A DNA stretch of 64,000 nucleotides from assembly GCF_048418815.1 (NCBI RefSeq), contig NC_133154.1, positions 260,043 through 324,042 on the forward strand, written 5' to 3'. The position numbers were made by a program, and so were the translations under genes. Below the pieces are notes generated by a model. That model ran no database searches and was not told the DNA's origin. It saw nothing but the letters and a program-made list of their open reading frames with translations. Of the stretch, positions 25,191 to 37,009 are shown piece by piece. How positions within the stretch are numbered: the first letter of the stretch is position 1; each line of letters begins with the position of its first letter. The stretch is from Hemitrygon akajei (lineage: Eukaryota).

Positions 25191-25335
25191 ATGAATGGTG
25201 GGGAGTGTCAAGTAACAGAGTGACCTGAGTGTACAAGGGTAGAACACACACACTGTGATGGTGGAAAGTACTGAGGAACAGAAGGACAGAGGGACCTAGG
25301 TGTACAAGGGTCAGAGACATGTTGTAATGGTGGGG
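25190..25335 (+). repeat. Short array (~2.5 units) of the 61-bp satellite
   Basis: ...gtacaagggtagaacacacacactgtgatggtggaaagtactgaggaacagaaggacagagggacctaggtgtacaagggtc... Confidence 0.6.
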
Positions 25336-25389
25336 AGACTTTTTAACCAACGGACCTCAGATATCAGGATGCACAACTCTTTCCTCCCA

Positions 25390-26000
25390 TCATCCTCAAA
25401 ACAGGTACCCCCCCCCCCCCCCCATGGCCGTGTGCGGAGCCCATTGCTCACACAAACCTGCATAGCCAAACACACAAGTGATCACATTGTCAAGTTCACT
25501 AATGATACAACAATGGTGGGGCTCATCGCCAACAATGATTAGATGGCCTACAGAGAGGTGGTGAAATAGCTTGTGGCCTGATGCCAGGCAAGTAACCTCT
25601 TCCTCAGTGTCAACGAGACAAAGGAGATGGTTATTGACTTCAGGAGAACTCACACTCTTCTTTACATCAGCAGCACAGTGGTGGAAACTGCAAGCAGGAT
25701 CAAACATTCAAAGACAGTCAAAGACAGTTCACCGATCCCTCTACTTTCTGAGGAGGCTGAAGAGCTGGACTGTGCATATCAATATTCATGACCTTCTGCA
25801 GATGCACAGTAGAGAGCATCCTAACAAGCTGCATCACTGCTTTGAAAGGAAACTGCACTGCAGCAGACAGGAAGGCTCTACAATGGTAGCCACTAAGCAT
25901 CACTGGCACCAGCCTACCCACCATCAATTGCATATATACAGAAAGGTGCCAGAAGAAAGGCCCAGGATACATATTTATAAGTCCAGACCCTTAACTTTCT
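25390..26000 (+). mobile_element. L2-type LINE RT C-terminal fragment
   Basis: Plus translation ...KFTNDTTMVGLIANND...LSVNETKEMVIDFRR...RLYFLRRL-like segments (compare the 284-aa ORF at 53314-54168). Confidence 0.55.
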
Positions 26001-26019
26001 CTACAGGATTTCAAACACT

Positions 26020-26440
26020 GTGTGTGCAATACATCCGGAAGATGTACTGATAACTGGATGTTTGTTCAACAGTCCTATTACCTGGAGTATTGTACACAGT
26101 TGTGGTCACCAAACTATAGGAAAGGCCTGCTGGTAATACAGAGGGTTCTGAAGAAATTCATCAGAATGTTACCTGGATTGGAGGGGTGTTGTAATAAGGA
26201 GAGGTTAATTCTGTTCTCACTGGAGTGTAGGAGACTGAGGGATGATCTTACAGAGGTCTTTAAAACCATGCATTAGAGTTAGGGTTAATGTGCACAGTCT
26301 TTTCCCCTGGGCTGTGGAATCAAGAACCAGAAGGCACATGTCTCAGGGCAAAGAGGGGGGGATTTAATAGGGACCTGAGGGGAAACATTTTCACCCAGTG
26401 GATGGATGACACCAAGAGTGGGGGTGTCGTGGACAATAAG
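26020..26440 (+). mobile_element. CR1-like LINE ORF2 C-terminal fragment
   Basis: ORF 26022-26276: YYLEYCTQLWSPNYRKGLLVIQRVLKKFIRMLPGLEGCCNKERLILFSLECRRLRDDLTEVFK, followed by ...RGNIFTQ.... Confidence 0.55.
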
Positions 26441-27420
26441 GTCCTAGAGAAGTACAGCACAGAAACAGGCCTTTTGGCCCATCTAGTCCATGCAAAACCA
26501 TTTAAACTGCCTATTCGCTCGACCTGCATCAGGACCATATCCCTCATATCCCTACCATCCATGTACCTATCCAAACGTCTCTTAAATGTTGAAATTGAGT
26601 TTTCATGCACCACTTGTGATGACAGCTCGTTCCACACTCGCATGACCCTCTGTGTGAAGAAGTTTCCCTTCATCTTCCCCTTAAACTTTTCACCTTTCAC
26701 CTTTAACCCATGACCTCAGGTTGTAGTCCCACCCAACCTTAGCATTTACCCTATCTATACCCCTCATAATTTTGTATACCCCTATCAAATCATCTCTCAG
26801 TCTTCTACATTCAAAGGAATATTGTCCTAAGCTATTCAAAATTTCTTTATAACTCCAGACCAGACAATATCCTTGTAAATTTTTTCTGCACTCTTTCAAA
26901 CTTGCTTACATCTTTTCTGTAGGCAGGTGACCAAATCTTCACACGACACTCCAAATTAAGCCTCACCAATGTCTTATACAACTTCAACATAACATACCAT
27001 CTCCTGTATTCAATACATGATTTATGAAGGCCAATGGGCCAAAAGCTTCCTTTACTACACTATCTACCTGTACAGCCACTTTCTATAAATTATGGACCTG
27101 TATTCCTAGATTCCCTAGTTCTCCTCTCATTCACTGTGTAGGGCCTACCCTACACAGTGCAACACCTTGCACTTGTCTGCATTAAATTCCATCTGCCATT
27201 TTTCAGACCATTTTTTCCAGCTAGTCCAGATTCTGTTGCAAGCTCTGATAATCTTCCTCATTGTCAACAAATTTGGTGTCATCCACAAATTTGCTGATCC
27301 AGTTATCCACATTATCATCCAGATCATTCATATAGATGACAAACAACAAAGGGCCCAGCATCGATCCTTGTGGTCACAGTCCCAGTCATAGTCACAGGCC
27401 TCCAACCAGAGAGGCAACAT
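26440..27420 (-). mobile_element. CR1-like LINE 3' portion (~1 kb)
   Basis: Minus ORFs 26320-26700 (FFTQRVMRVWNELSSQVV), 26690-26899 (SFECRRLRDDLIGVYKIMRGIDRV) and 27145-27327 (KWQMEFNADKCKVLH). Antisense KFVDDT near 27260. Confidence 0.6.
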
Positions 27421-30340
27421 AAGACCATAAAATATAGGAGCAGAAGGAGGCCATTCAGCCCAATGAGTCCACTCCGCCATTCAATCATGGGCTGATCCAA
27501 TCCTTCCAGTCATCCCCACTCCCCTGCCTTCACCCCATACCCTTTGAAGCCCTAGCTGATCAAGAACCTATCTATCTCTGCCTTAAATTCACCCAATGAC
27601 TTGGCCTCCACAGCTGTTCCACAGAGTTACCACTCTCTGACTAAAGTAATTTCTCTGCATCTCTGTTCTACATGGACGTCCTTCAATCCTGAAGTTGTAC
27701 CCTCTTTTGTCCTTGACTCGCCTACCATGGGAAATAACTTTGCCATATCTATTCTGTTCAGGCCTTTTAATTTTCAGAACGTTTCTATGAGATTCCCCCC
27801 TCATTCTCCTGAACTCCTGGGAATACAGTCCATGAGCTGCCAGACATTCCTCATACGGTAACCCTTTCATTCCTGGAATCATTCTCATCAATTTTCTCTG
27901 TACCTTCTCCAATGTTAGTATATACTTTCTAAAATAAGGAGCCCAAAGCTATACACAATACTTCGTGCAGTCTCATGAGTGCCTTATAGAGCCCCAACAT
28001 CACATCCCTGCTCTTATATTCTATACCTCCAAAAATGAATGCCAACGTTGCATTTTCCTTCTTCACAACATGGAAGTTAATCTTTAGGGTATCTTGCACA
28101 AGGACTCCCAAGTCCCTTTGCATCTCTGCATTTTGAATTCTCTCCCCATCTAAATAATAGTCTGCCTGTTTATTTCTTCCATCAAAGTGCATGACCATAC
28201 ACTTTACAAAATTTTATTTCATTTGCCACTTCTTTGCCCATTCCGCTAAACCACTGAAGTCTCTCTGCAGGCTCTCTGTTTCCTCAACACTACCTGCTAA
28301 ATTAGCCACAAATCCATTAATACTGTAGCCCAAATCATTGACATACATCGTAAAAAGCAGTGGTCCCAACACCGATCCCTGTGGAACTCCACTTGTTACC
28401 GGCAGCCAACCAGAATAGGATCCCTTTATTCCTACTCTCTGTTTTCTGCCAACCATCCAATGCTCTACCCATGCCAGTAAATTCTCTGTAATTCCATGGG
28501 CTCTTGTCTTGCTAAGCAGCCTCATGTGCGGCACCTCATCAAAGGCCTTCAGGAAATCCAAGTACACCACTTCTACCACATCTCCTTTGTCTACCGTGCT
28601 TGTAATTTCCTCAAAGAATTGCAGTAGGTTTGTCAGGCAGAATTTTCCTTTCAAGAAACCATGCTGGCTTTGGCCTATCTAGTCATGTGCCTCCAGGTAT
28701 TCTGTAACCTCATCCTTAACAATCAATTCCAACAACTTCCCAGCCACTGATGTCAGGCTAACAGGCCTATAGTTTCCTTTCTGCTGCCTCCCACCAGTAA
28801 AATACCAGTCATCCAGTACAATGCCAAAATCTATCAACTCTTGAAAGATCATTATTAATGCCTCCACAATCTCTCCAGCTACTTCCTTCAGAACCCAAGG
28901 GTGCATTGGATCAGGTCCTGAGCACCTTCTCAGTCGTAATTTTCACTGCACAAACTTCACTTCCCTGACACTCTTGAATGTCTGGTATACTGCAGATGTC
29001 TTCCACTGTGAAGACTGATGCAAAATAAGCATTCAGTTCTTCTGCCATCTCTGCATTTCTCTTTACAATATCTCCACCGTCATTTTGTATTGGTTCTCTA
29101 TCTACCCTCAACTTAGCTTTTACATACTTAAGAAAGCTTTTAGTATCTTCTTTGATATTAGTCACCAGCTTTCTTTCATAATTCATCTTAGTTTCTTAGT
29201 TTCCTTCTGCAAGTTTTTAAAAGCTTCCCAATCCTCTATCTTCCCACTAGCTCTGACTTCCTTGCATGCCCTCTCTTTTGCTTTTACTTTGGCTCTGACT
29301 TCACTTGTCAGTCATGGTAGTGTCCTTCTTCCATCTGAAAATTTCTTCTTATTTGGAATATATCTGTCTTGCACTTCCCTCATTTTTTGCAGAAACTCCA
29401 GTCATTGCTGCTCTGCAGGCTTCCTGCAAGTGTCCCTTTCCAGTCAACTTTGGCCAGTTCCCCTCTCATGCTATTGTAATTTCCTTTATTCCACTGAAAT
29501 ACCGACAATTTGGATTTTATTTTTTTCTCTCTCAAATTTCAATGCGAACTCAGTCATATTAAGTTCAAGCAACCTAGGGATTCCTTAACCTTAAGCTCTC
29601 TTATCACCTCCAGATCATTACACAACACCCAACCCAACAAGCTGTTCTAAAAAGCCATCCCTAAGACATTCTACAAATTATCTTTCTTGAGGTCCAGTAC
29701 TGACCTGGATTTCCCAATCCACTTTCATGTTAAAATCCCCAACAATTATCATGACATTGCCTTTCTGACATGCCTTTTCTATCTCCTGCTGCAATTTGTA
29801 ATCCACATCTTAGCTGCTGTTTGGAGGCCTGTATATAACTGCCATTAGGGTCCTTTTACACTTGCCATTTCTTAACTCAACCGATAGAGACTCTACACTT
29901 TCCAATCCTATGTCAACTCTTTCTAATGATTTAATTTTATTTGTTATACACAGAACAACACCACCCCCACTGCCTACTAACCTATCTTTCCAATACACCA
30001 TATATCCTTGGACATTCAGCTCCCAATGGCAGCCATCCTTCAGCCAAGTTTCAGAGATGGTCACAATGTCATATTTGCCACTCTGTATCTGCATTTCAAG
30101 ATTGTCCATTTTATTTCTTATGCAGCGTGCATTCAAAAATAACACTTTCAGTCCAGTATTTGTTGCTTTCTGTTTTAACTGCCCCACACCTCTATTGTAA
30201 CCCATGCCACTGGCTGTGTTTAAGCTTCGTCTCCTGCTGTTCTTTCTATCATATCTGTTGCGTGCTATCTTTGATTTATTTCTGTTTTCCCCTTCCTCAA
30301 TCCTATCACTCTGGTTCTTACCCCCTGCCAAATTAGTTTA
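27420..30340 (-). mobile_element. CR1-like LINE, nearly complete ORF2 (endonuclease N-terminus through 3' tail, ~2.9 kb; interrupted by frameshifts)
   Basis: Minus ORFs 29810-30331 (endonuclease: VLFLNARCIRNKMDNLEMQIQSGKYDIVTISETWLKDG...GGGVVLCI...YRPPNSS), 28911-29186 linker, 28679-28906 and 28214-28654 (RT: FDEVPHMRLLSKTRAHGI..., [19 protein letters not shown]), 27929-28198 and 27589-27912 (tail). Confidence 0.75.
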
Positions 30341-30620
30341 AACCCTCCCTAACAGCTCTATTAGATGTGCCTGCCAGTATATTGGACCCCTTTGTGTTCA
30401 GGTCTATAATCACTCTCTGGTTTCTTCCACAAAGCCAATGTCTAATCCAATTTAGTACCTCATCTTGAACACAGAGTGACTGAACCTTCATAACCAACCT
30501 CCCATGCGGAACCTTGTCAAATGCCTTACTAAAGTCCATGCAGACAATAGCCACTGCCTTGCCTTCATCCACTTTCCTGGTAATGCTTTTCAAAATCTCT
30601 ATAAGATTGATTAGACTTGA
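30340..30620 (-). mobile_element. CR1-like LINE RT fragment (separate copy)
   Basis: Minus ORF 30333-30698: ...KVDEGKAVAIVCMDFSKAFDKVPHGRLVMKVQSLCVQDEVLNWIRHWLCGRNQRVI. Confidence 0.5.
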
Positions 30621-30629
30621 CCTACCATA

Positions 30630-31700
30630 GAAAAATAAAAACATAGAAAACCTACAGCACCATACAGGCCCTTTGGCCCACAAAGCTGTGCCGAACATGT
30701 TCTTACCTTAGAAATTACCTAGGGTTACCCATAGCCCTCTATTTTTCTGAGCTCCATGTACCTGTCCAGGAGTCTCTTAAAAGACCCTATCATATCTGCC
30801 TCCACCACTGTCGCTGGCAGCCCATTCCACACACTCACCAATCTCTGCATAAAAGACCTACCTCCGACAGCTCCCCTGTACATACTTCCAAGCACTTTAA
30901 AACTGTGCCCTCTCGTGCTAGCCATTCCAGCCCTGGGAAAAAGCCTTTGACTATCCACACGATCAATGCTTCTCATCATCTTATACACTTCCATCAGGTC
31001 ACCTCTCATCCTCCGTCACTCCAAGGGAAAAAGGCCGAGTTCACTCAACCTATTCTCATAAGGCATGCTCCCCAATCCAGGCAATGTCCTTGTAAACCTC
31101 CTCCACACCCTTTCTATGGTTTCCACATCCTTCCTGTAGTGAGGCAACCAGAACTGAGCACAGTACTCCAAGTGGGGTCTGACCAGAGTCCTATATAGCT
31201 GTAATATTACCTTTTGGCTCCTAAACTCAATCCCACGATTGATGAAGGACAATGCACCATATGCCTTCTTAACCACAGAGCCAACCTGCACAACAGCTTT
31301 GAGTGTCCTATGGATTTGGACCCCAAGATCCCGCTGATCCTCCACACTGCCAAGAGTCTTACCATTAATACTACAAATGTTTGTACATTCTGCACGCACA
31401 AAGCCATGCTGACTATCCTTAATCAGTCTATAGCTATCCAAATACTTATATATCCAGCCCCTTAGAATACCTTCCAATAACTTTCCCATTACTGATGTCA
31501 GATTGTGACATTGGCCTACAGTGTACTGCTTTATGTTTACATCCGTTCTTTAACAGTGGAACAACAATGTCTATCCTGCAATCTGCTGGTACTTCTCCTG
31601 TCACTAAGGATGATTTAAATATCTCTGTTAGGGCCCTGGGAATTTCTGCACTTGCCTCCGTAGGGTCCAAGGGAACACATTGTCATGCCCTGGGGATTTA
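30630..31700 (-). mobile_element. CR1-like LINE, internally deleted (3' terminus with (CATAGAAA)-type repeats to RT start)
   Basis: Minus ORFs 30725-31009, 31016-31489 (…[27 protein letters not shown]…) and 31446-31670 (…TEIFKSSLVTGEVPADCRIDIVVPLLKNG…). Terminus aaaacatagaaaacctacagcac at 30636-30660. Confidence 0.6.
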
Positions 31701-31734
31701 TCCACACTGATTTGCCTCAGGATAGCAAACAACA

Positions 31735-34700
31735 GTTGTCATGGGAGATTTTAACTTCTACATAGATTGGGTGAATCAGGCAACACACACAAAATGCTGG
31801 TGGAACGCAGCAGACCCGGCAGCATCTATAGGAAGAAGTACAGTCATCATTTCAGGCCGAGACCCTTCGTCAGGACTAACTGAAAGAAAAGATAGTAAGA
31901 GATTTGAAAGTGGGAGGGGGAGGGGAAGATCCAAAATGATGGGAGAAGACAGGAGGGGGAGGGATGAAGCTAAGAGCTGGAAAGTTGATTGGCAAAAGGG
32001 ATACAGAGCTGGAGAAGGCAAAGGATCATGGGATGGGAGGCCTAGGGAGAAAGAAAGGGGGAGGGGAGCACCAGAAGGAGATGGAGAGCAGGCAAGGAGT
32101 GATGGTGAGAGGGACAGAGAGAGAAAAAAAGAGGGGGGAGTAAATAAATAAATAAATAAATAAGGGATGGGGTAAGAAGGGGAGGAGGGGCATTAATGGA
32201 AATTAGAGAAACCATCAGGTTGGAGGCTACCCAGCCGGTATATAAGGTGTTGCTCATCTAACCTGAGTGTGGCTTCATCTCGACAATAGAGGAGGCCATG
32301 GATGGACATATCAGAATGGAAATGGGACATGGAATTAAAATGTGAGACCACTGGGAGATCCGGCTTTCTCTGCCAGACAGAGTGCAGGTGTTCAGCGAAA
32401 CGGTCTCCTAGTCTGCCTCAGGTCTCACCAATATATAGAAGGCCACACCGGGGGCACCGGACACAGTATATCACACCAGGACTCACAGGTGAAGTGTTAC
32501 CACACCTGGAAGGACTGTCTGGGGCCCTGAATGGTGGTGAATGAGGAAGTGTAAGGGCAGGTGTAGCACTTGCTCCGCTTACAAGGATAAGTGCCGGGAG
32601 GGAGATTGGTGGGAAGGGATGGGGGGGACGAATGGACAAGGGAGTCACGCAGGGAGTGATCCCTGCGGAAAGCAGAAAGAGGGGGGAGGAGAAAGATGTG
32701 CTTGGTGGTGGGATCCCGTTGGAGGTGGCGGAAGTTACAGAGAATTATATATTGGACCTGGAGGAAGGTGGGGTGGTAGGTGAGGACAAGGGGAACCCTA
32801 TCCCTAGTGGGGTGGCTGGAGGATGGGGTGTGCAGATGTGTGTGAAATGAGACAGATGTGTTTGAGAGCAGAGTTGATGGTGGAGGAAGGGAAGCCCCTT
32901 TCTTTAAAAAAGGAAGACATCTCCTTCGTCCTGGAATAAAAAGCCTCATCCTGAGAGCAGATGCGGCAGAGACGGAGGAATTGCGAGAAGGGGGTGGCAT
33001 TTTTGCAAGAGACAGGGTGGGAAGAGGAATAGTCCAGGTAGCTGTGAGTCTGTAGTAGACATCAGTAGATAAGCTGTCTCCAGAGATAGAGACAGAAAGA
33101 TCAAGAAAGGGGAGGGAGGTGTCAGATGTGGACCAGATAAATTTGAGGGCAGGGTGAAAGTTGGAGCCAAATTTAATGAAGTCAACGAGCTCAGCATGCG
33201 TGCAGGAAGCAGCGCTAATGCAGTCATTAATGTAGCAAGGGAAAAGTGGGGGACAGATACCAGTATAGGCTTGGAACATGGACTGTTCCACAAAGCCAAC
33301 ACAAAGGCAGGCATAGCTGGGACCCATACTGGTGCCCATGGCTACACCTTTAGTTTGGAGAAAGTTGGGAGGAGCCAAAGGAGAAATTATTAAGCGTGAG
33401 GACTAATTCCGCTAGACGGAGGACAGTGGTGGTACAGGTTAGGTCTGGTACAACTGGTCTGGTACAACTGGTTAGGTCTGGTTAGGTTAGGTACAACTGG
33501 TTAGGTCTGGAATCCAAAAAGAAGCGGAGAGCTTTGAGACCTTCCTGGTGGGGGATGGAGGTATATAGAGACTAGACATCCATGGTGAAAATAAGGCATT
33601 GGGGGCCGGGGAACTTAAAATCATTGAAAAAATTCAGTGCGTGAGAAGTGTCACCAAGATAGGTGGGAAGGGATTGAACGGGGGGAGGGGAATAAAACAG
33701 TGTTGAGGTATGCAGAAGTGAGTTTGGTGGGGCAGGAGCAAGCTGAGACAATGGGTCCACTTGGAGAGGCAGGTTTGTGGATCTTGGGTAGGAGGTAGAA
33801 ATGGAAAGTGCGGGGTGTGGGAACTATGAGGTTGGTGGCAGTGGAGGGGAGATCCCCAGAGCTGATAAGGTTGGTGATGGTGTGGGAGACAATGGCTTGG
33901 TGCCACACATTTTAATTCCATGTCCCATTCCCATTCTGATATGTCAATCCAGGGCCTCCTCTACTGTCAAGTGTGGCCTTCTATATATCGGTGAGACCCA
34001 ATGCAGACTGGGAGACCATTTCGCTGAAAACCTACGCTCGGACTGCCAGAGAAAGCAGGATCTCCCAGAGGCCACACATTTTAATTCCATGTCCCAATCC
34101 TATTCTGATATGTCAATCCATGGCCTACTGTAAAAATGAAACCACATTCAGGTTAGAGGAACAACACCTTATATTCCGTCTGGGTAGCCTCCAACCTGAT
34201 GGCATGAATATTGATTTCTCTAACTTCCGTTAATGCCCCTCCTCCCCTTCTTACCCCATCCCTTACTTATTTATTTGTTTATTTTTATTTTATTCGCTCT
34301 CTGTCCCTCTCACAATCACTCCTTACCTGCTCTCCATCTTCCTCTGGTGGTCCCCTCCCCCTTTCTTTCTCCCTGGGCCTCCCATCCCATGATTCTCCCA
34401 CTTCTCCAGCTCTGTATCCCTTTTGCCAATCAACTTTCCAGCTCTTAGCTTCATCCCTCCCCCTCCTGTCTTCTCCCATCATTTTGGATCTTCCCCTCCC
34501 CCTCCCACTTTCAAATCTCTTACTATCTCTTCTTTCAGTTAGTCCTGACAAAGGGTCTCGGCCTGAAACATTGACTGTACTTCTTCCTAAAAGTGCTGCC
34601 TGGCCAGTTGTGTTCCACCAGCATTTTGTGTCAGTTTCTTGAATTTCCAGCATCTGCAGATCTCTTCGTGTTTGGGTGAATCAGGTTGGTCAAGGAAGTC

Positions 34701-37000
34701 TTGAGGAGGACTTCATAGAATGCATCTGTGATGGCTTTCTTGAGCAGCATGTTAGTGAACCTACAAGGGAAAATGCTATCTTAGATTTAGTCCTGTGCAA
34801 TGAGACAGGTAAGATTAACGATCTTATAGTCAGGGATCCTCTTGGAAAGAGTGATCATAATATGATTGAATTTTGCTTACAGATGTTGGATGAAATAGTT
34901 AGATCTAAAACTAGTATATTGAATAAGGGAGACTACAACAGGATACAGGAGGAGTTGGCTAATGTGGATTGGGAGCACAGGCTATTTGGTAGGACAGTTG
35001 AGGAACAGTGGAATACTTCCAAAGAGATTTTTCACAGTGCTCAACAAAAGTATATTCCAGTCAAAATTAAGGAAAGTAAGTGTGAGGAGAGGCAGCCTTG
35101 GATAACTAAGGAAATAAAAGATAGTATCAAATTAAAAGCTCATGTGTACAAAGTCACAAAGAGTAGTGGGAAACTGGGGGATTTGGAAAACTTTAAAAAG
35201 CAACAGAGAACAACTAAACAAGAAATAATGAAAGGGAAGATAGAGTATGAAAATAAATTAGCACAAAATATAAAAACAGATAACAAAAGTTTTTATAAAT
35301 ATATAAAGCAGAAGAGGGTGGCTAAAATCAACATAGGTCCCTTGGAAGATGAGAAGGGAAAATTAATATTGGGTGATAAGGAAATGGCTGAGGCACTGAA
35401 TGACTATATTGTGTCGGTCTTCATGGAGGAGGACACATCTAATATTCCAAAGAAGGATGTTATGGATGAAATGGGAGGTGAGGACCTCAATAAAATCACT
35501 GTCACTAAAGAGACAGTGATGAGCAAACTAGAGGGCCTGAAGGTAGATAAGTATCCTGGTCCTGATGGGGTGCATCCCAGGGTGCTGAAGGAATTGGCGG
35601 AGGTTATAGTAGATGTGTTGGTAACCATTTACCAAAATTCTCTAGACTCTGGGCAGGACCCGGCGGATTGGAAGACAACAAATGCCACACTACTTTTAGA
35701 AAAAGGATGGAGGCAAAAGACGGGCAACTATAGGCCAGTTAGCTAACATCTGTAGTCAGGAAAATGCTTGAAGCTGTCATTAAGGAAGAAATAGTGAAAC
35801 ATTTAGAAAGGAGTGGTTCCATTAGACAGATGCAGCATGGATTCAGAAAGGGCAGGTCCTGCTTGACAAACTTATTGGAGTTCTTTGAGGACATAATGAG
35901 TGCAGTGGATAGAAGGGAACAGGTGGATGTTGTATACTTGGATTTCCAGAAGGCATTCGATAAGGTGCCGCTCAAGAGACTTATAAATAAGATACGGATG
36001 CATGGAGTCGGAGGAAGTGCATTAGCGGATTGTGGATCGGAGGATAGTGGATTGGTTAACCAATAGAAGGCAGAGAGTTGGTATAAATGGGTGTTTCTCC
36101 AGTTGACAGTCAGTTGTGAGTGGGGTGCCTCAGGGGTTGATGCTGGACCTGCTTTACATTGATGATTTGGAAGAGGGGGCTGAGTGTAGCGTAACAAAAT
36201 TTGCTGATGACACTAAACTGAGTGGAAAAGAAAATTGTACAGAGGATGTGGAGAGTCTGCAGAGAGATATAGATAGGTTAAATGAGTGGGCCAAGGTCTG
36301 GCAGATGTAATACAACTTTGGTAAATGGGAGATCATCCACTTTGGAACGAATAATAGAAGAACGGAATATTATTTAAATGGTGAAAGAATGCAGCATGCT
36401 GTTGTGCAGAGGGACTTGGGTGTGCTTGTTCATGAATCACAAAAAGTTGGCTTGCAGGTACAACAGGTTATTAAGAAAGCAAACGGAATGTTGGCCTTCA
36501 TTGCTAGAGGGATTGAATTCAAGAGCAGGGAGGTTATGCTGCAACTATACAGGGTTCTGGTGAGGCCGCACCTGGAGTACTGCGTGCAGTTCTGGTCTCC
36601 ATACTTGAGGAAGGATATACTGGCTTTGGAGGCAGTGCAGAGGAGGTTAACCAGGTTGATTCCAGAGATGAAGGGGTTAACCTATGAGAAGAGATCAAGT
36701 CACCTGGTACTATACTCTCTGGAGTTCAGAAGAATGACAGGGGATCTCATAGAAACATACAAAATTTTGAAAGGGATAGATAAGACAGAAGTAGGAAAGT
36801 TGTTTCCATTGGTAGGTGAGACTAGAACTAGAGGACATTGCCTCAAGATTCAGGGGAGAAGATTTAGGACGGAGATGAAGAGAAACTGTTTTTCTCACAG
36901 AGTGGTGAATCTGTGGAATTCTCTGCCCAGGGAAGCAGTTGAGGCTTCCTCACCAAATATATTTAAGATACAGTAAGATATGTTTTTACATAGTAAGGGA
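31735..37000 (+). mobile_element. CR1-like LINE (endonuclease GDFN motif through 3' end) split by a PLE insertion; CR1 parts are 31735-31787 and 34664-37000
   Basis: Joining 31741-31787 to 34664 onward restores MGDFNFYIDWVNQ|VGQGSLEEDFIECICDGFLEQHVSEPTRENAILDLVLCNE...SDHNMIEF. Downstream ORFs 34676-35746 (356 aa, linker into RT: GLKVDKYPGPDGVHPRVLKE...NYRPVS), 35764-36066 (QHGFRKGRSCLTNLLEFFED...FQKAFDKVP), 36116-36310 (KFADDTK) and 36389-36976 (195 aa tail: [20 protein letters not shown]...RFRTEMKRNCFSHRVVNLWNSLP). Confidence 0.75.
31775..34663 (-). mobile_element. Penelope-like element (PLE; Neptune/Poseidon-type) with inverted pseudo-LTRs of about 650 bp, decayed RT and GIY-YIG endonuclease; flanked by 13-bp target site duplication TTGGGTGAATCAG
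   Basis: Minus ORF 33651-33908 (YLLPKIHKPASPSGPIVSACSCPTKLTSAYLNTVL) and 32497-33378 (FLQTKGVAMGTSMGPSYACLCVGFVEQ...CYINDCISAASCTHAELVDFIKFGSNFHPALKFIWSTSDTSLPFLDLSV) give RT motifs. 32418-32648 continuing to ~32270 reads ...VIYCVRCPRCGLLYIGETxGRLGDRFAEHLHSV...HFNSMSH..DMSIHGL, a GIY-YIG domain. 31785-32420 is the reverse complement of 33900-34650, and a second inverted partial GIY-YIG copy lies at 33950-34140 (plus). The 13-mer ttgggtgaatcag is present at both borders. Confidence 0.75.
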
Positions 37001-37009
37001 ATTAGGGGT

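Noticed and set aside
31741-32151. Plus-strand 136-aa ORF (MGDFNFYIDWVNQATHTKCWWNAADP…ERGRGAPEGDGEQARSDGERDRERKKE) and its mirror 34285-34653 on the minus strand
   Set aside because: Only the first 13 residues are real (CR1 endonuclease fragment). The rest reads through the PLE pseudo-LTR, which is purine-rich low complexity. The mirror ORF is the same sequence in the other inverted repeat.
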